From positions 143,617 through 207,616 of the IMG/VR virus record IMGVR_UViG_3300046171_000252: 64,000 bases of DNA; one strand, written 5' to 3'. Position numbers and translations under genes: made by a program. This document shows positions 18,047-28,311 of this stretch, in pieces. Under the pieces are notes generated by a model. The model was given only the letters and a program-made list of their open reading frames with translations. It was not told the origin of the DNA and ran no database searches. Numbering within the stretch: position 1 is the first letter of the stretch; every line of letters begins with the position of its first letter.

Positions 18047-18072
18047 GAGTGCCAGAATTAAAACTGGCACTC

Positions 18073-18101
18073 TTGACTACATAATTACTATACCGTATAA
18101 T
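18073..18101 (+). promoter_or_regulatory. sigma70-type promoter preceded by 9-bp hairpin
   Basis: TTGACT-N17-TATAAT; GAGTGCCAG/CTGGCACTC at 18047-18072. Confidence 0.8.
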
Positions 18102-18123
18102 ACACAGGTAAACAAACAGGACA

Positions 18124-18342
18124 ATGGTACTGACTGAAAAATTCAAGAAAGACATTCAAACTCTTTGGGGAGCAGTGAATGGCGATTTTTATCTTGATGT
18201 AAAGAATCCAAAACTTTTCAAAAAAGTTCGTCGTTTTTATGAATCTCAGGGAGTCATCTTTTCTGATGATGCTCTTGATAATTATGAAATTTTGATTGAT
18301 TGTATTATTCAGGATCTAGAAACTAGTGAGGTTTCACGATGA
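18124..18342 (+). CDS. conserved cyanophage hypothetical protein
   Basis: 72 aa, LDVKNPKLFKKVRRFY. Confidence 0.7.
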   Translation: MVLTEKFKKDIQTLWGAVNGDFYLDVKNPKLFKKVRRFYESQGVIFSDDALDNYEILIDCIIQDLETSEVSR

Positions 18343-18620
18343 ACGATCTAGATCCCAAGTCTGTTGTTTCAACAAAGACTACTGTCATTCACGAGAGGTT
18401 TCCCTATCGTTTTGTACAGAGAGGTTACATTCAATTGAATGGTAAACCTGACTTCCGTTTGCAAAAAGCAAATGAGTATACTAAGAAGTATTCTGACATT
18501 TATCTGTTTGACAATGGAGATCAGATGCTCCTTGCTATTGAAGACCCTGAGTACCCTAAATGGTTAGATCCAGATGGTGTTCCTTGTTATGTTAAAGACT
18601 CTGTGTCATTTGAAAACTAA
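18339..18620 (+). CDS. conserved cyanophage hypothetical protein
   Basis: 93 aa, ERFPYRFV...GKPDFRLQK. Confidence 0.7.
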   Translation: MNDLDPKSVVSTKTTVIHERFPYRFVQRGYIQLNGKPDFRLQKANEYTKKYSDIYLFDNGDQMLLAIEDPEYPKWLDPDGVPCYVKDSVSFEN

Positions 18621-18670
18621 GTCAACCCCCTGAGAGTTTCTTGCTTCTCTCAAGAGCAAGTGGCGTGCAT
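18612..18670 (+). ncRNA. manA/wcaG-type cyanophage cis-regulatory RNA-like pseudoknot module
   Basis: TGAGAG/CTCTCA and CTTGCT/AGCAAG interlocking stems then TGGCG, upstream of sugar-nucleotide genes; family assignment from memory. Confidence 0.5.
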
Positions 18671-18684
18671 GTAAAGACCTTCAG

Positions 18685-18711
18685 GGAGAGTTGCATAAAC
18701 TCTCCTTTTTT
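18685..18711 (+). terminator. intrinsic terminator overlapping next promoter
   Basis: GGAGAGTT-GCATA-AACTCTCC + T6; TTGCAT-N17-TATAAT at 18691-18719. Confidence 0.75.
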
Positions 18712-18748
18712 GGTATAATCTAAATATACGGACTAACAATATTTAAAT

Positions 18749-19770
18749 ATGAAAAGAGCATTGATTACTGGTGGTGCGGGGTTCATCGCACACCATTTGA
18801 TTTCCCAAATTTTAAAGAATACTGACTGGGAAGTTGTGACTCTTGATCGTCTTGATTTTAGTGGCAATCTGAACCGCCTTCAGGATGTTCTCCAAGAGTT
18901 TTCTCCAGAAGATCGCTCTCGTGTGAGAGTTGTATTTCATGATTTGAAAGCAGCAGTCAATCCACTTATTGCTGCCGATATTGGTAGAGTGGATTATATT
19001 CTGCATCTTGCTGCTGGTTCTCATGTCGATCGTAGTATTGATTATCCCATGGAATTTGTCATGGATAATGTTGTGGAACTTGCAACATCCTTGACTATGC
19101 TCGTGGTCTTGACCACATTGAGAGGTTTGTATACTTCAGCACTGATGAAGTATTTGGTCCTGCTCCTAATGGAATCAACTATGGTGAGTATGATAGGTAC
19201 AATTCTACCAACCCATATAGTGCAGCTAAGGCAGGTGGAGAAGAACTGGCAGTAGCATTTGAGAATACTTACGGACTTCCTGTATACATTACTCACACGA
19301 TGAATGTATTCGGTCAGCGTCAGCATCCAGAAAAGTTCATTCCGATGTGTATCAAGCGTGTTCGTGATGGTGAAGCAATCACCATTCATAGTGATGAGAC
19401 CAAAACAATTCCTGGTTCTCGTCATTATATTCATGCGGAGGATGTTTCTGATGCTCTGCTCTTCCTTCTGGCACAAGACACTGTGGTTGAAAATGGAAAC
19501 TATGGTGGTGCCAAGTGTCCTAAATTCAACATTGTTGGTGCCGAGGAACTAAACAACCTGCAACTGGCACAGATCATTGCAGATGTTCAGGGTAAAGAAC
19601 TCAAGTATGATATGGTTGATTTCCATTCCACACGTCCGGGACATGATCTTCGCTATGCACTTTCGGGTGAAAAAATGCGTAAGATGGGATGGGAACCAGA
19701 AAACATTCGTGATCGTATTCGTGAAGTTGTTGAGTGGACACTTGCCAATGAGCGTTGGATCAAACTATAA
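18749..19770 (+). CDS. rfbB: dTDP-glucose 4,6-dehydratase-like SDR (apparent -1 frameshift near 19074)
   Basis: GGAGFIA, AAGSHVDRS; shifted frame gives STDEVFG, YSAAK, RPGHDLRY. Confidence 0.85.
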
Positions 19771-19795
19771 TAGATAAAGGAGGTTTATTACTAAC

Positions 19796-20839
19796 ATGTC
19801 TGAATATACAAAGACGGCACTAGTTCTTGGTGCTGGTGGTTTTATCGGAAGTCACATGGTTAAGCAACTTCGTTCCGAAGGATACTGGGTTCGTGGTGTT
19901 GATTTAAAGCGTCCTGAGTTCTCTGACACGGAAGCAAATGAATTCATTCAAGGTGACTTGCGTGATAGAAGTTTTGTTCGCCGTTGCATTCGTACCACTG
20001 GCGTTAATGGTGGGTTCTATGCACAGATCGTAGATAAGTTTCTTTCACCTTTTGATGAGATTTATCAGTTTGCTGCTGATATGGGTGGTGCAGGTTTCGT
20101 ATTCACTGGTGAGAATGATGCAGACATCATGCACAATTCTGTGTCTATCAATCTGAATGTTCTTGAGGAACAACATCTACTTAATTTGGATAAGGATGTA
20201 AATAAAACTAAAATTTTCTATTCTGGTTCAGCATGTATGTATCCAGAACACAATCAACTAGACCCCGATAACCCCGACTGCCGTGAAGAATCAGCATATC
20301 CAGCAAACCCTGATTCGGAATATGGGTGGGAGAAATTATTTTCTGAGAGATTATACTTTGCTTATAATCGCAATCATGGTATTCCTGTCAGGGTGGCACG
20401 TTACCACAATATTTTTGGTCCCGAAGGAACCTGGGACGGTGGAAGGGAGAAGGCACCAGCTGCAATCTGCCGTAAAGTTGCTTACCTCCCGGAGTCAGGT
20501 GGAGCAATCGAGGTGTGGGGAGATGGCCTACAAACTCGTTCCTTCCTGTTCGTTGACGAATGCGTTGAAGCAACTAGAAGACTGATGGACAGTGACTTTA
20601 TGGGTCCTGTGAATATTGGTTCCGAAGAGATGGTTACTATTAACCAACTTGTAGATACTGCTGCTAAGGTTGCTGACAAGGAAGTCACCAAGATTCATAT
20701 TGATGGACCTCTGGGAGTTCGTGGACGCAACTCTAATAATGATGTGATCCGTAAGGAACTTGGGTGGGACTATTCTCAAACTCTTGAGGAGGGTATTCGT
20801 AAGACTTATAATTGGATTCAGGAACAAATTCAAAAATGA
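19796..20839 (+). CDS. GDP-mannose 3,5-epimerase-like SDR
   Basis: GAGGFIG, AADMGGAGF, YGWEK, GREKAPAAICRKV. Confidence 0.85.
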   Translation: MSEYTKTALVLGAGGFIGSHMVKQLRSEGYWVRGVDLKRPEFSDTEANEFIQGDLRDRSFVRRCIRTTGVNGGFYAQIVDKFLSPFDEIYQFAADMGGAGFVFTGENDADIMHNSVSINLNVLEEQHLLNLDKDVNKTKIFYSGSACMYPEHNQLDPDNPDCREESAYPANPDSEYGWEKLFSERLYFAYNRNHGIPVRVARYHNIFGPEGTWDGGREKAPAAICRKVAYLPESGGAIEVWGDGLQTRSFLFVDECVEATRRLMDSDFMGPVNIGSEEMVTINQLVDTAAKVADKEVTKIHIDGPLGVRGRNSNNDVIRKELGWDYSQTLEEGIRKTYNWIQEQIQK

Positions 20840-21903
20840 TTAAAATTTATACTTATTCTCACAATAGACCCGACCTAATCAAACCTCAATACGAAAGTCT
20901 TAAAAGACATATTAAAGATGACTTTGAATTTATCGTATTCAATAATGAACGGGCAGGATCTAATCCATTTAGTGGATACTCACCTGATAGAGTTCAGGAG
21001 ATTTTTGATGTTTGTAATGAGATTGGTATAGAATGTATCAGAGTTGACCTAGACCCTCAGTATCAGTTCATTAATGGATACAAACAATTTGAAGGTGATT
21101 CATTTACTGGTGATGGAAGTCAAGTTTGTGGGTATGCATTCACATGGGGATGGCAACATTACATCTCCAAGAATGATTGTATCTCTTTGATAATTGATTC
21201 TGATATGTTCTTCATCAAAGACATATCAATTGCAGAAATGATTGAAGGATACAACCTGTCTATCATTCCATCCTATAGATATAGTAGAAAATATAGTGAT
21301 GGTGATCCTGGAGAGATTGCTTTGAAGTATCCTTGGAATGGTATTGTCATTGCTGATATTCCTAATCTTCCCAATCCTTCTGAACTTAAATGGGATCTTG
21401 GAATATTCAACGGACAACCATGTGATGTTGGTGGAGGAGGACATAAGTATCTTTCTGATTATGAGAATGAATTAAAAATTAAATACATGGATCAGGTAAG
21501 CGTTCAAAGGGATGCTGACTCTGGGGATAAGCATAGTCCTCCTCCTGGATATATTGAAATGGGATTTAATGGATGCTCTCCAATGCATGTCAATCTTGTA
21601 GAGAAAGAGTTTCACATTCTTGATTACCAACATTCCGATACTCAAACTTTTCCTCATCAAAAGGAAAGAGAGAACTACTGGCAGTATGTTTATGATTGCT
21701 TTACTTACATGGTTGACTATGGAAGTTATTATCAGTTTCCCAAACCAACATTTATTGACTTGATAAAATTTGAGGAAGATGATAGTATGGAGGATGCATT
21801 CGTTCTACATTATAAAAATGCAAGCAATGGAAATGCTTGGCAATCTGATGATTATAATGCATTGAAAACAAGATCACTCAATAGAGTTTTAGGTGTAAAT
21901 TAA
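20836..21903 (+). CDS. putative glycosyltransferase (GT-A fold)
   Basis: IIDSDMFF DxD motif; island context. Confidence 0.5.
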   Translation: MIKIYTYSHNRPDLIKPQYESLKRHIKDDFEFIVFNNERAGSNPFSGYSPDRVQEIFDVCNEIGIECIRVDLDPQYQFINGYKQFEGDSFTGDGSQVCGYAFTWGWQHYISKNDCISLIIDSDMFFIKDISIAEMIEGYNLSIIPSYRYSRKYSDGDPGEIALKYPWNGIVIADIPNLPNPSELKWDLGIFNGQPCDVGGGGHKYLSDYENELKIKYMDQVSVQRDADSGDKHSPPPGYIEMGFNGCSPMHVNLVEKEFHILDYQHSDTQTFPHQKERENYWQYVYDCFTYMVDYGSYYQFPKPTFIDLIKFEEDDSMEDAFVLHYKNASNGNAWQSDDYNALKTRSLNRVLGVN

Positions 21904-22761
21904 ATGAATATTGCTATTTTAGGATCTGCTGGACAGATCGGTGCTTATCTAGAAGAGTATCTAAAAGAGAAAGGGCACGATGTTATTGGTGTTGATATAG
22001 TTGAAGGTCCACAGAATGATCTTCGTGTAACACCAAACACTTATGTTGAAAGTATTATTAAGAATGCAGACTTTGTATTCTTTCTATCTTTTGATGTGGG
22101 TGGTTCTCGCTATTTGAAAAAGTATCAACATACTTTTCAGTTCATTAATAACAATACTCGTATGATGGCAAATACTTTTGCCTTACTTGAGAAGTATCGG
22201 AAGAGGTTTGTGTTCGCATCATCTCAGATGAGTAACATGACTTATTCACCTTATGGTGTCATGAAGCGTGTTGGTGAACTTCATACCACAGCATTGAACG
22301 GATTGATTGTTAAGTTCTGGAATGTGTATGGTATTGAAAAAGATATGGAGAAGGCTCATGTGATTACTGACTTCATCCGTAAGGGATTCGAAGAAGGAGA
22401 ATTTGAAATGATGACTGACGGCACAGAAGAGCGTCAGTTCCTGTATGCCGAGGACTGCTGTGAGGCACTGGAAACTGTAATGGAAAACTTTACAGATTTC
22501 AAACCAGAAGACCCACTTCACATTACATCATTCCACTCTAATACTGTTAGAGAGATTGCTAATATTATCCAGGGTTGTTTTGGATTAATTGATAAGTATG
22601 ATGTAAAGATCAACTCTGGACTTGCTAAAGACAGTGTTCAGATGGATAAAAGAAATGAGGCAGACAATTATATTTTAAACTGGTGGGTTCCCAAGACTAC
22701 TATTGATGTGGGCATCAGAAAAGTATTCAACGAAATGAAGAAGGACTATGAGAATATTTGA
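21904..22761 (+). CDS. NAD-dependent epimerase/dehydratase
   Basis: GSAGQIG, FASS, YGVMK, RQFLYAEDC. Confidence 0.85.
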   Translation: MNIAILGSAGQIGAYLEEYLKEKGHDVIGVDIVEGPQNDLRVTPNTYVESIIKNADFVFFLSFDVGGSRYLKKYQHTFQFINNNTRMMANTFALLEKYRKRFVFASSQMSNMTYSPYGVMKRVGELHTTALNGLIVKFWNVYGIEKDMEKAHVITDFIRKGFEEGEFEMMTDGTEERQFLYAEDCCEALETVMENFTDFKPEDPLHITSFHSNTVREIANIIQGCFGLIDKYDVKINSGLAKDSVQMDKRNEADNYILNWWVPKTTIDVGIRKVFNEMKKDYENI

Positions 22762-23524
22762 TTGTTTTATTTTCAATCATGAGGTAGAACTCTTAGAAAT
22801 AAGAATGAATATCTTAAATGATTATGTTGATAAGTTTGTTATTACTGAAGGTAATATGACTTTCTCTGGACTACCCAAAGAGAGTCATTTTTTGAATAAC
22901 AAAGATAGATTTGCCAAGTGGGAAGATAAGATTATCTTAAATCAGATTGAATTACCAGATCTTGAAGGTCCATGGCACAGAGAAATCTATTCACGAAATG
23001 CTATGGTAAGACCTGACATTTTTAATGATGATGATCTGATTTTGATGAGTGATGGTGATGAGATTCCTAATCCCGAAATCTTAGAACATGCATCCGAGTG
23101 GGTCTCTGATGATACTCACTTCACATTTGAACAGTCTTGCTATGCATATTGGATAAACAATCTATACTCCAATAAGTGGTTTGGTAGTAGAGCAGCTACT
23201 TATAAACACATCAAAAATACTACAGTTGATGATATACGAGAAGGAACAGAGGATGAAAATAAGATATCTGGATCTATTATAACTAATGGTGGATGGCACT
23301 TTACGTATTTGGGTAATGAGGAACACATCCGACAGAAGATAAATTCATTCTGTGATAGACAATTTGATATTCCGGAAGTAACAGAGAACATCTCTAAGAA
23401 TCTGGAAAGCGGTCAGGATGTTCTTAACAGGTCTCATATCTCTTATCAAAGAGTAGAACTTGATGAGTCATTCCCGCAACATATTATTGACAACCAAGAA
23501 AAATATTCGCACTTAATTAAATGA
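22748..23524 (+). CDS. glycosyltransferase family 17-like
   Basis: FDCFIFNHEVELLEIR, SDGDEIP, GWHFTY. Confidence 0.85.
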   Translation: MRIFDCFIFNHEVELLEIRMNILNDYVDKFVITEGNMTFSGLPKESHFLNNKDRFAKWEDKIILNQIELPDLEGPWHREIYSRNAMVRPDIFNDDDLILMSDGDEIPNPEILEHASEWVSDDTHFTFEQSCYAYWINNLYSNKWFGSRAATYKHIKNTTVDDIREGTEDENKISGSIITNGGWHFTYLGNEEHIRQKINSFCDRQFDIPEVTENISKNLESGQDVLNRSHISYQRVELDESFPQHIIDNQEKYSHLIK

Positions 23525-24564
23525 TTGTTTCTGAAATTTATAATGGTTCTGGTCTTGGAAACCAGTTGTGGAATATCGTAGCACCACGATGTATTGCCGA
23601 GCATCGTGGATTTAGATGGGGTGTGCGAAGAGACACTAATAATAGTGCTCAGGGTAGTAGTAAAGTTCCTTCGGTTGGATTGAAAACATTTAAAGGATGT
23701 CAGTTCCTACCAGACATTGATTTTGGTGATGAAGTAATCGGTGGTGTCACCACTGTTGAAGGTCAAGAACCAGATGTTCTTCCTGATGGTATTGAATATT
23801 ATGCCAGAGAAAGAGTTGATGAATATCCTTTAGGTCTTCATGCTCTGTCTGGCGAAGATGCTATGATTTATGATGAACTTCTTTATAATACGATTCCTGA
23901 TAATACTAAGGTTGATGGAACATTTCAGAGACTGAGATATATTAATGATCGTCGTGATGACATTATTCAGTGGTTGAAACCTAGTATTACAGTCACAGAA
24001 TATAGTAGTGATGATTTTTGTGTAATTCAGTTCAGGGGTGGTGAGTATCTTATCACCTCTGCCTGGTGCCCTCCTGAGTATTACAGAATGGCAGCAGATA
24101 GAATGTTGGAGATTAATCCTAACATGAAGTTTGGCGTGATTACAGACGACCCAGAGAATGCACGAAAGTTTATTCCTTGGGCTCCGATTATCGGTTCCTC
24201 TGCAACCAGTGAAGTTGATCCACTTGCTCATCTACAGGGTTCGGGATTCTATGAATACAAGGGTGGTCCAATCGGTATTGATTATTCCATTCTTAATAAT
24301 GCAGTCAACTCTATTATTACTTCATCCACCTTTGCTTTTTGGCCAGCATGGACTAATACTAAAGCAGAGATTATCATTGCTCCTAAGTATTGGAATGATT
24401 ACAAACGTTCTGATGGATACTGGAGAGGCGATGATAACATTGTAGATGACTGGGATTATATTGATATGAAAGGTGCTATGATGAGTGGTGTGGATTGTAA
24501 GGAAGAGTATAGGAAGTATAGAAAAAAACATGCTTTCTATTTTAATAAACCCGAAGTTGTGTAA
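23521..24564 (+). CDS. GT11-like (alpha-1,2-fucosyltransferase-like)
   Basis: GLGNQL, IQFRGGEY, STFAFWPAW. Confidence 0.75.
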   Translation: MIVSEIYNGSGLGNQLWNIVAPRCIAEHRGFRWGVRRDTNNSAQGSSKVPSVGLKTFKGCQFLPDIDFGDEVIGGVTTVEGQEPDVLPDGIEYYARERVDEYPLGLHALSGEDAMIYDELLYNTIPDNTKVDGTFQRLRYINDRRDDIIQWLKPSITVTEYSSDDFCVIQFRGGEYLITSAWCPPEYYRMAADRMLEINPNMKFGVITDDPENARKFIPWAPIIGSSATSEVDPLAHLQGSGFYEYKGGPIGIDYSILNNAVNSIITSSTFAFWPAWTNTKAEIIIAPKYWNDYKRSDGYWRGDDNIVDDWDYIDMKGAMMSGVDCKEEYRKYRKKHAFYFNKPEVV

Positions 24565-25244
24565 TGTTTAATACTGATAATATTCAGTCTGGTAATGACC
24601 CTTTTGACTATTGGATTCTTGATAACTTTTTAGATATTGAGGATGCAAAACAACTTAGTAAAGAATTCATTGACTATGATAGTCCTGCAGAGGACATCGT
24701 TCATTATCAAGGATGGATTGCCGAGAAGAAGACATGTAATAAGTGGGATAGATTTCCACCTTTAACTTACAAGGTCTTTACTAATTTACTGGCATCTAAT
24801 TTTATTTCTACACTTTCTGACATCACCGGAGTTAATCCTTTGTATCCTGACATTGGATTGCACGGTGGGGGTTGGCATATGCATGGAAAGGGTGGTAGAC
24901 TATCAGTTCACTTAGACTATTCTATTCATCCAAAATTGAACTTGCAGAGAAAACTAAATCTTATTCTATATCTTGAAGAAGATTATGATCCTGCATGGGG
25001 TGGCAGTCTTCAGTTCTGGTCTCATGACGAGAAGACGAAAAAACCAAAGGATAAGATAAGAGAAGTAGAACCAATCTTTAATAGAGCAGTTCTATTTGAC
25101 ACAACTCAAAACTCATGGCATGGATTTCCAGAACCAATCCATCCACCTGCAGGTAAGATGAGAAAAAGTTTCGCAGTATATTACATGACTGACATCACAC
25201 AAACTGCAGAAGAAAGATACAGAGCACATTATGTTGGAGTATAA
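24564..25244 (+). CDS. 2OG-Fe(II) oxygenase
   Basis: HLD, LNLILYL, FNRAVLF, WHG, R-x-S. Confidence 0.88.
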   Translation: MFNTDNIQSGNDPFDYWILDNFLDIEDAKQLSKEFIDYDSPAEDIVHYQGWIAEKKTCNKWDRFPPLTYKVFTNLLASNFISTLSDITGVNPLYPDIGLHGGGWHMHGKGGRLSVHLDYSIHPKLNLQRKLNLILYLEEDYDPAWGGSLQFWSHDEKTKKPKDKIREVEPIFNRAVLFDTTQNSWHGFPEPIHPPAGKMRKSFAVYYMTDITQTAEERYRAHYVGV

Positions 25245-26012
25245 ATGCTAGACCTAAGAAAAGTTACTTTATTTGCAATCTATGTTCCTTGGGACAAATC
25301 AAATATTTCTGCTGAAGATTTTCAGGATGGTGAACAAGAAAAATCAATTGACAACGGACTTCGGGATACAATCAAAGCAATCTATACATGCATGGAGAGC
25401 GCAAAGTTTGGTGCTGTTCGGTTAATAACATCAAAAGAAGTTATTAATGAATATGCTGGCAAACTCTCCTCAGATGGAATCAGCGTTGAACTACCGAATA
25501 TTCCCATATGTAATATGAAAGATTATGCCAGATACATGATCTATCATCTAACAGAACATGTGGATACTAAATTTGTTTTAACAATTCAACATGATGGGTT
25601 TATTCTAAATCCAAGTGCATGGAGAGATGACTTCTTTGATTATGATTACGTTGGTGCTCCATGGCCATGGCGAGAGCAAGGATTTGTGACTCCTTTCGGG
25701 GAGCACATTGCTGTTGGTAATGGTGGTTTCTCACTGAGAAGTAAGAAACTTTTAGATGTTCCTGGTAAGGTTGATGTTCCTTTTGATGTTGTTGCCATGA
25801 ATGACTTCTATAAGATGTTTGGTGGGGTCAATTGGAATGAGGATGGAAACATCTGTGTGCATAATAGGCACATTTTTGAAGAGCAGGGATGTAAGTTTGC
25901 ACCTGTGGAGGTTGCAAAAGACTTCTCCCATGAAAGTCCATTAGATGTTAATCGCGGTATTATACCCTTTGGATATCATGGCAATTTGCCTGCAGGCGTA
26001 GTAATTAATTAA
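25245..26012 (+). CDS. DUF5672-like putative glycosyltransferase
   Basis: IQHDGFI, YDYVGAPW, VGNGGFSLRS, NED. Confidence 0.8.
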   Translation: MLDLRKVTLFAIYVPWDKSNISAEDFQDGEQEKSIDNGLRDTIKAIYTCMESAKFGAVRLITSKEVINEYAGKLSSDGISVELPNIPICNMKDYARYMIYHLTEHVDTKFVLTIQHDGFILNPSAWRDDFFDYDYVGAPWPWREQGFVTPFGEHIAVGNGGFSLRSKKLLDVPGKVDVPFDVVAMNDFYKMFGGVNWNEDGNICVHNRHIFEEQGCKFAPVEVAKDFSHESPLDVNRGIIPFGYHGNLPAGVVIN

Positions 26013-26021
26013 GGAGTTCAA

Positions 26022-26810
26022 ATGAAATTTGACATAGATCATTCCACACCATACTTCATGGAAATCTTCCAGAATGTATCTGATGATGATATGACTGGTG
26101 GTTCTGAGGCAATCAAAGTCATCTCTGAGTATCATAAGAAGAATCATTATCTTTTGAATACTGGTGCTGTGGGGTATGACCCACCTTCCTGGTCTGAGGA
26201 GGATAATGTATTCCCATCTGATGCCCCCGTGCATCCTATGACTCACATTGAGTGGGCTGCAATTCTGAAGAGCATGAATCTTGAAGGTGATGTTCTTGAA
26301 TTTGGTGTTGCATGTGGAGGAACGATTAGAGACATTGCCTTTATCAATCCCGACAAGAGGATTCATGGATTTGATCACTTTCAAGGACTAGAGCAAACTT
26401 CACAATTCATTCCGGATTATGCTGGTTGGCACGAAGGTGCATTCTGTCTTAATGGTCCTGAATATCCTCAGACCTATGAGCGTGTGATTGAAGACCTTTC
26501 TCAGTGGGATAATATTGGTATTGTGGTTGAGGATGTTCATAAACTTACCGAACCCGAAGAGTTTGAAATTGGTAAGATTTGTGCAGTGCATATTGATGTT
26601 GACATCTATGAACCAACAGTTTCATCACTGAAGTTTGTTGATAAGTGTGAGTGGGATAAAATCTATATGAGGTTTGATGACTGGCACGGACACGAACCTG
26701 ATTATGATTCACATGAAAGACTTGCATGTAAGGAGTGGATTGAGAAGAACAACTATACATTTGAACTTCTACGAAACGGATTGCATGGTGAGATGATTGT
26801 TTCACGATGA
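26022..26810 (+). CDS. TylF/MycF-like SAM methyltransferase
   Basis: LEFGVACG, GFDHFQGL, HIDVDIYE, FDDW. Confidence 0.8.
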   Translation: MKFDIDHSTPYFMEIFQNVSDDDMTGGSEAIKVISEYHKKNHYLLNTGAVGYDPPSWSEEDNVFPSDAPVHPMTHIEWAAILKSMNLEGDVLEFGVACGGTIRDIAFINPDKRIHGFDHFQGLEQTSQFIPDYAGWHEGAFCLNGPEYPQTYERVIEDLSQWDNIGIVVEDVHKLTEPEEFEIGKICAVHIDVDIYEPTVSSLKFVDKCEWDKIYMRFDDWHGHEPDYDSHERLACKEWIEKNNYTFELLRNGLHGEMIVSR

Positions 26811-27607
26811 CTGTAGCATTTAATCATCTAGGTAAACTGGGGCAACTGGGAAACCAGATGTTTCAGTATGCTGCTACCAAGGGTATTGCATCTAAAGTAG
26901 GTGCTTCATTCATGATTCCCAATCATCAAGAAATTTTTGATGATGGCATAGGAAATCGATATACGATTCTATTGTTTGATGCATTCAAACTTACGAGTGC
27001 CACGAATCTTGGGACTCTGCAAACTGAAAAGTATGTCCAAGAACCAAAATTTGAATTTACCCCTGAATTTTTTGATCTTAACGGGTCAGAAGATTTTTCT
27101 TTGTGGGGATTCTTTCAGACTGAAAAATACTTCAAGCACATTGAAGATGAGATAAGAAATGACTTTGCTTTCCGTGATGAGATTGTGGAAGAGTGTAGTG
27201 CAATCATGGAGGGATTTGATAATCCAATAGCACTTCATGTTCGCAGAGGTGATTTTCTTCATAACTCTGGCAATCATCCCCCATTAGGACTTGAATATTA
27301 TGCCGAAGCATTAAAAAACTTTAATGATGATAGAGAGGTTATAATATTTTCTAATGACCCAGAGTGGTGTAAAGAGCAAGAGTTGTTTGAGAGTGATAGA
27401 TTTGCCGTGTCAGAAGGTGGCAATCAGTTCTATGATTTGTGCCTGATGTCTATGTGTAATGATTTTATTATTGCCAACTCATCATTCTCTTGGTGGGGTG
27501 CATGGTTAGCAAACAGGGGTAAGGTGATTGCTCCTAAGAAGTGGTTTGGACCTAATCTAAATCATGATACAAAAGATTTGTATTGTAACGACTGGAAAGT
27601 ATTATGA
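26807..27607 (+). CDS. GT11 alpha-1,2-fucosyltransferase-like
   Basis: GQLGNQMFQYA, HVRRGDF, NSSFSWWGAWL. Confidence 0.9.
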   Translation: MTVAFNHLGKLGQLGNQMFQYAATKGIASKVGASFMIPNHQEIFDDGIGNRYTILLFDAFKLTSATNLGTLQTEKYVQEPKFEFTPEFFDLNGSEDFSLWGFFQTEKYFKHIEDEIRNDFAFRDEIVEECSAIMEGFDNPIALHVRRGDFLHNSGNHPPLGLEYYAEALKNFNDDREVIIFSNDPEWCKEQELFESDRFAVSEGGNQFYDLCLMSMCNDFIIANSSFSWWGAWLANRGKVIAPKKWFGPNLNHDTKDLYCNDWKVL

Positions 27608-28311
27608 AAGTATCAATAGCATGTCCGACATTTGAATACTATGGTAGAGGTGTAGAAGTTCTGGATGATATGTTCAGGACTATTGCTGCTCAGACATTTA
27701 AGGATATTGAGGTTGTCATTTCAGATCACAGTAAAACCGATGTGATTGAAGATTACTGCAAAGAGAATGAGCACAACCTGAATATCAAATACATTCGCAA
27801 TGAGAATGGCAGAGGTAATCCTTCCATCAATACTAACAATGCGATTGATAATTGTAGTGGTGAGATTATTAAAATCTTTCAACAGGATGACTTCTTCTAT
27901 GATACAGAGGCAGTAGAGAAGATGTATGATGCCATGACAAACTCAGATGCTAAATGGTTTGTATGTGGTGCGGTCCATACTCGTGATGACGGACATACAT
28001 TCTTTAATCCCATGTATCCGAGATGGGATGATAAGATAATGCTAGAACCAGGTTATAACTTTATTGGTGGTGTATCTGTCACGGCAATCAAAAAAGAGGT
28101 GACTGTAAGGTATGACCCTGAACTCAGAATGTTACTGGATGTAGATTTTTACTATCAGAATGTGTTAAACTATGGTATGCCAATCTTCTATCGTGATACT
28201 TTGATTGTTAATAGAGTCCGAGATAATGATACTCTGATGGCAGAAGTGAGTGAAGAAGAGATTGAAGAAGAATTTCAGTATTGTTTCAAGAAGCATGGTA
28301 TTAGTAGATGA
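27604..28311 (+). CDS. glycosyltransferase family 2
   Basis: VVISDHS, QQDD, DVDFY. Confidence 0.85.
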   Translation: MKVSIACPTFEYYGRGVEVLDDMFRTIAAQTFKDIEVVISDHSKTDVIEDYCKENEHNLNIKYIRNENGRGNPSINTNNAIDNCSGEIIKIFQQDDFFYDTEAVEKMYDAMTNSDAKWFVCGAVHTRDDGHTFFNPMYPRWDDKIMLEPGYNFIGGVSVTAIKKEVTVRYDPELRMLLDVDFYYQNVLNYGMPIFYRDTLIVNRVRDNDTLMAEVSEEEIEEEFQYCFKKHGISR

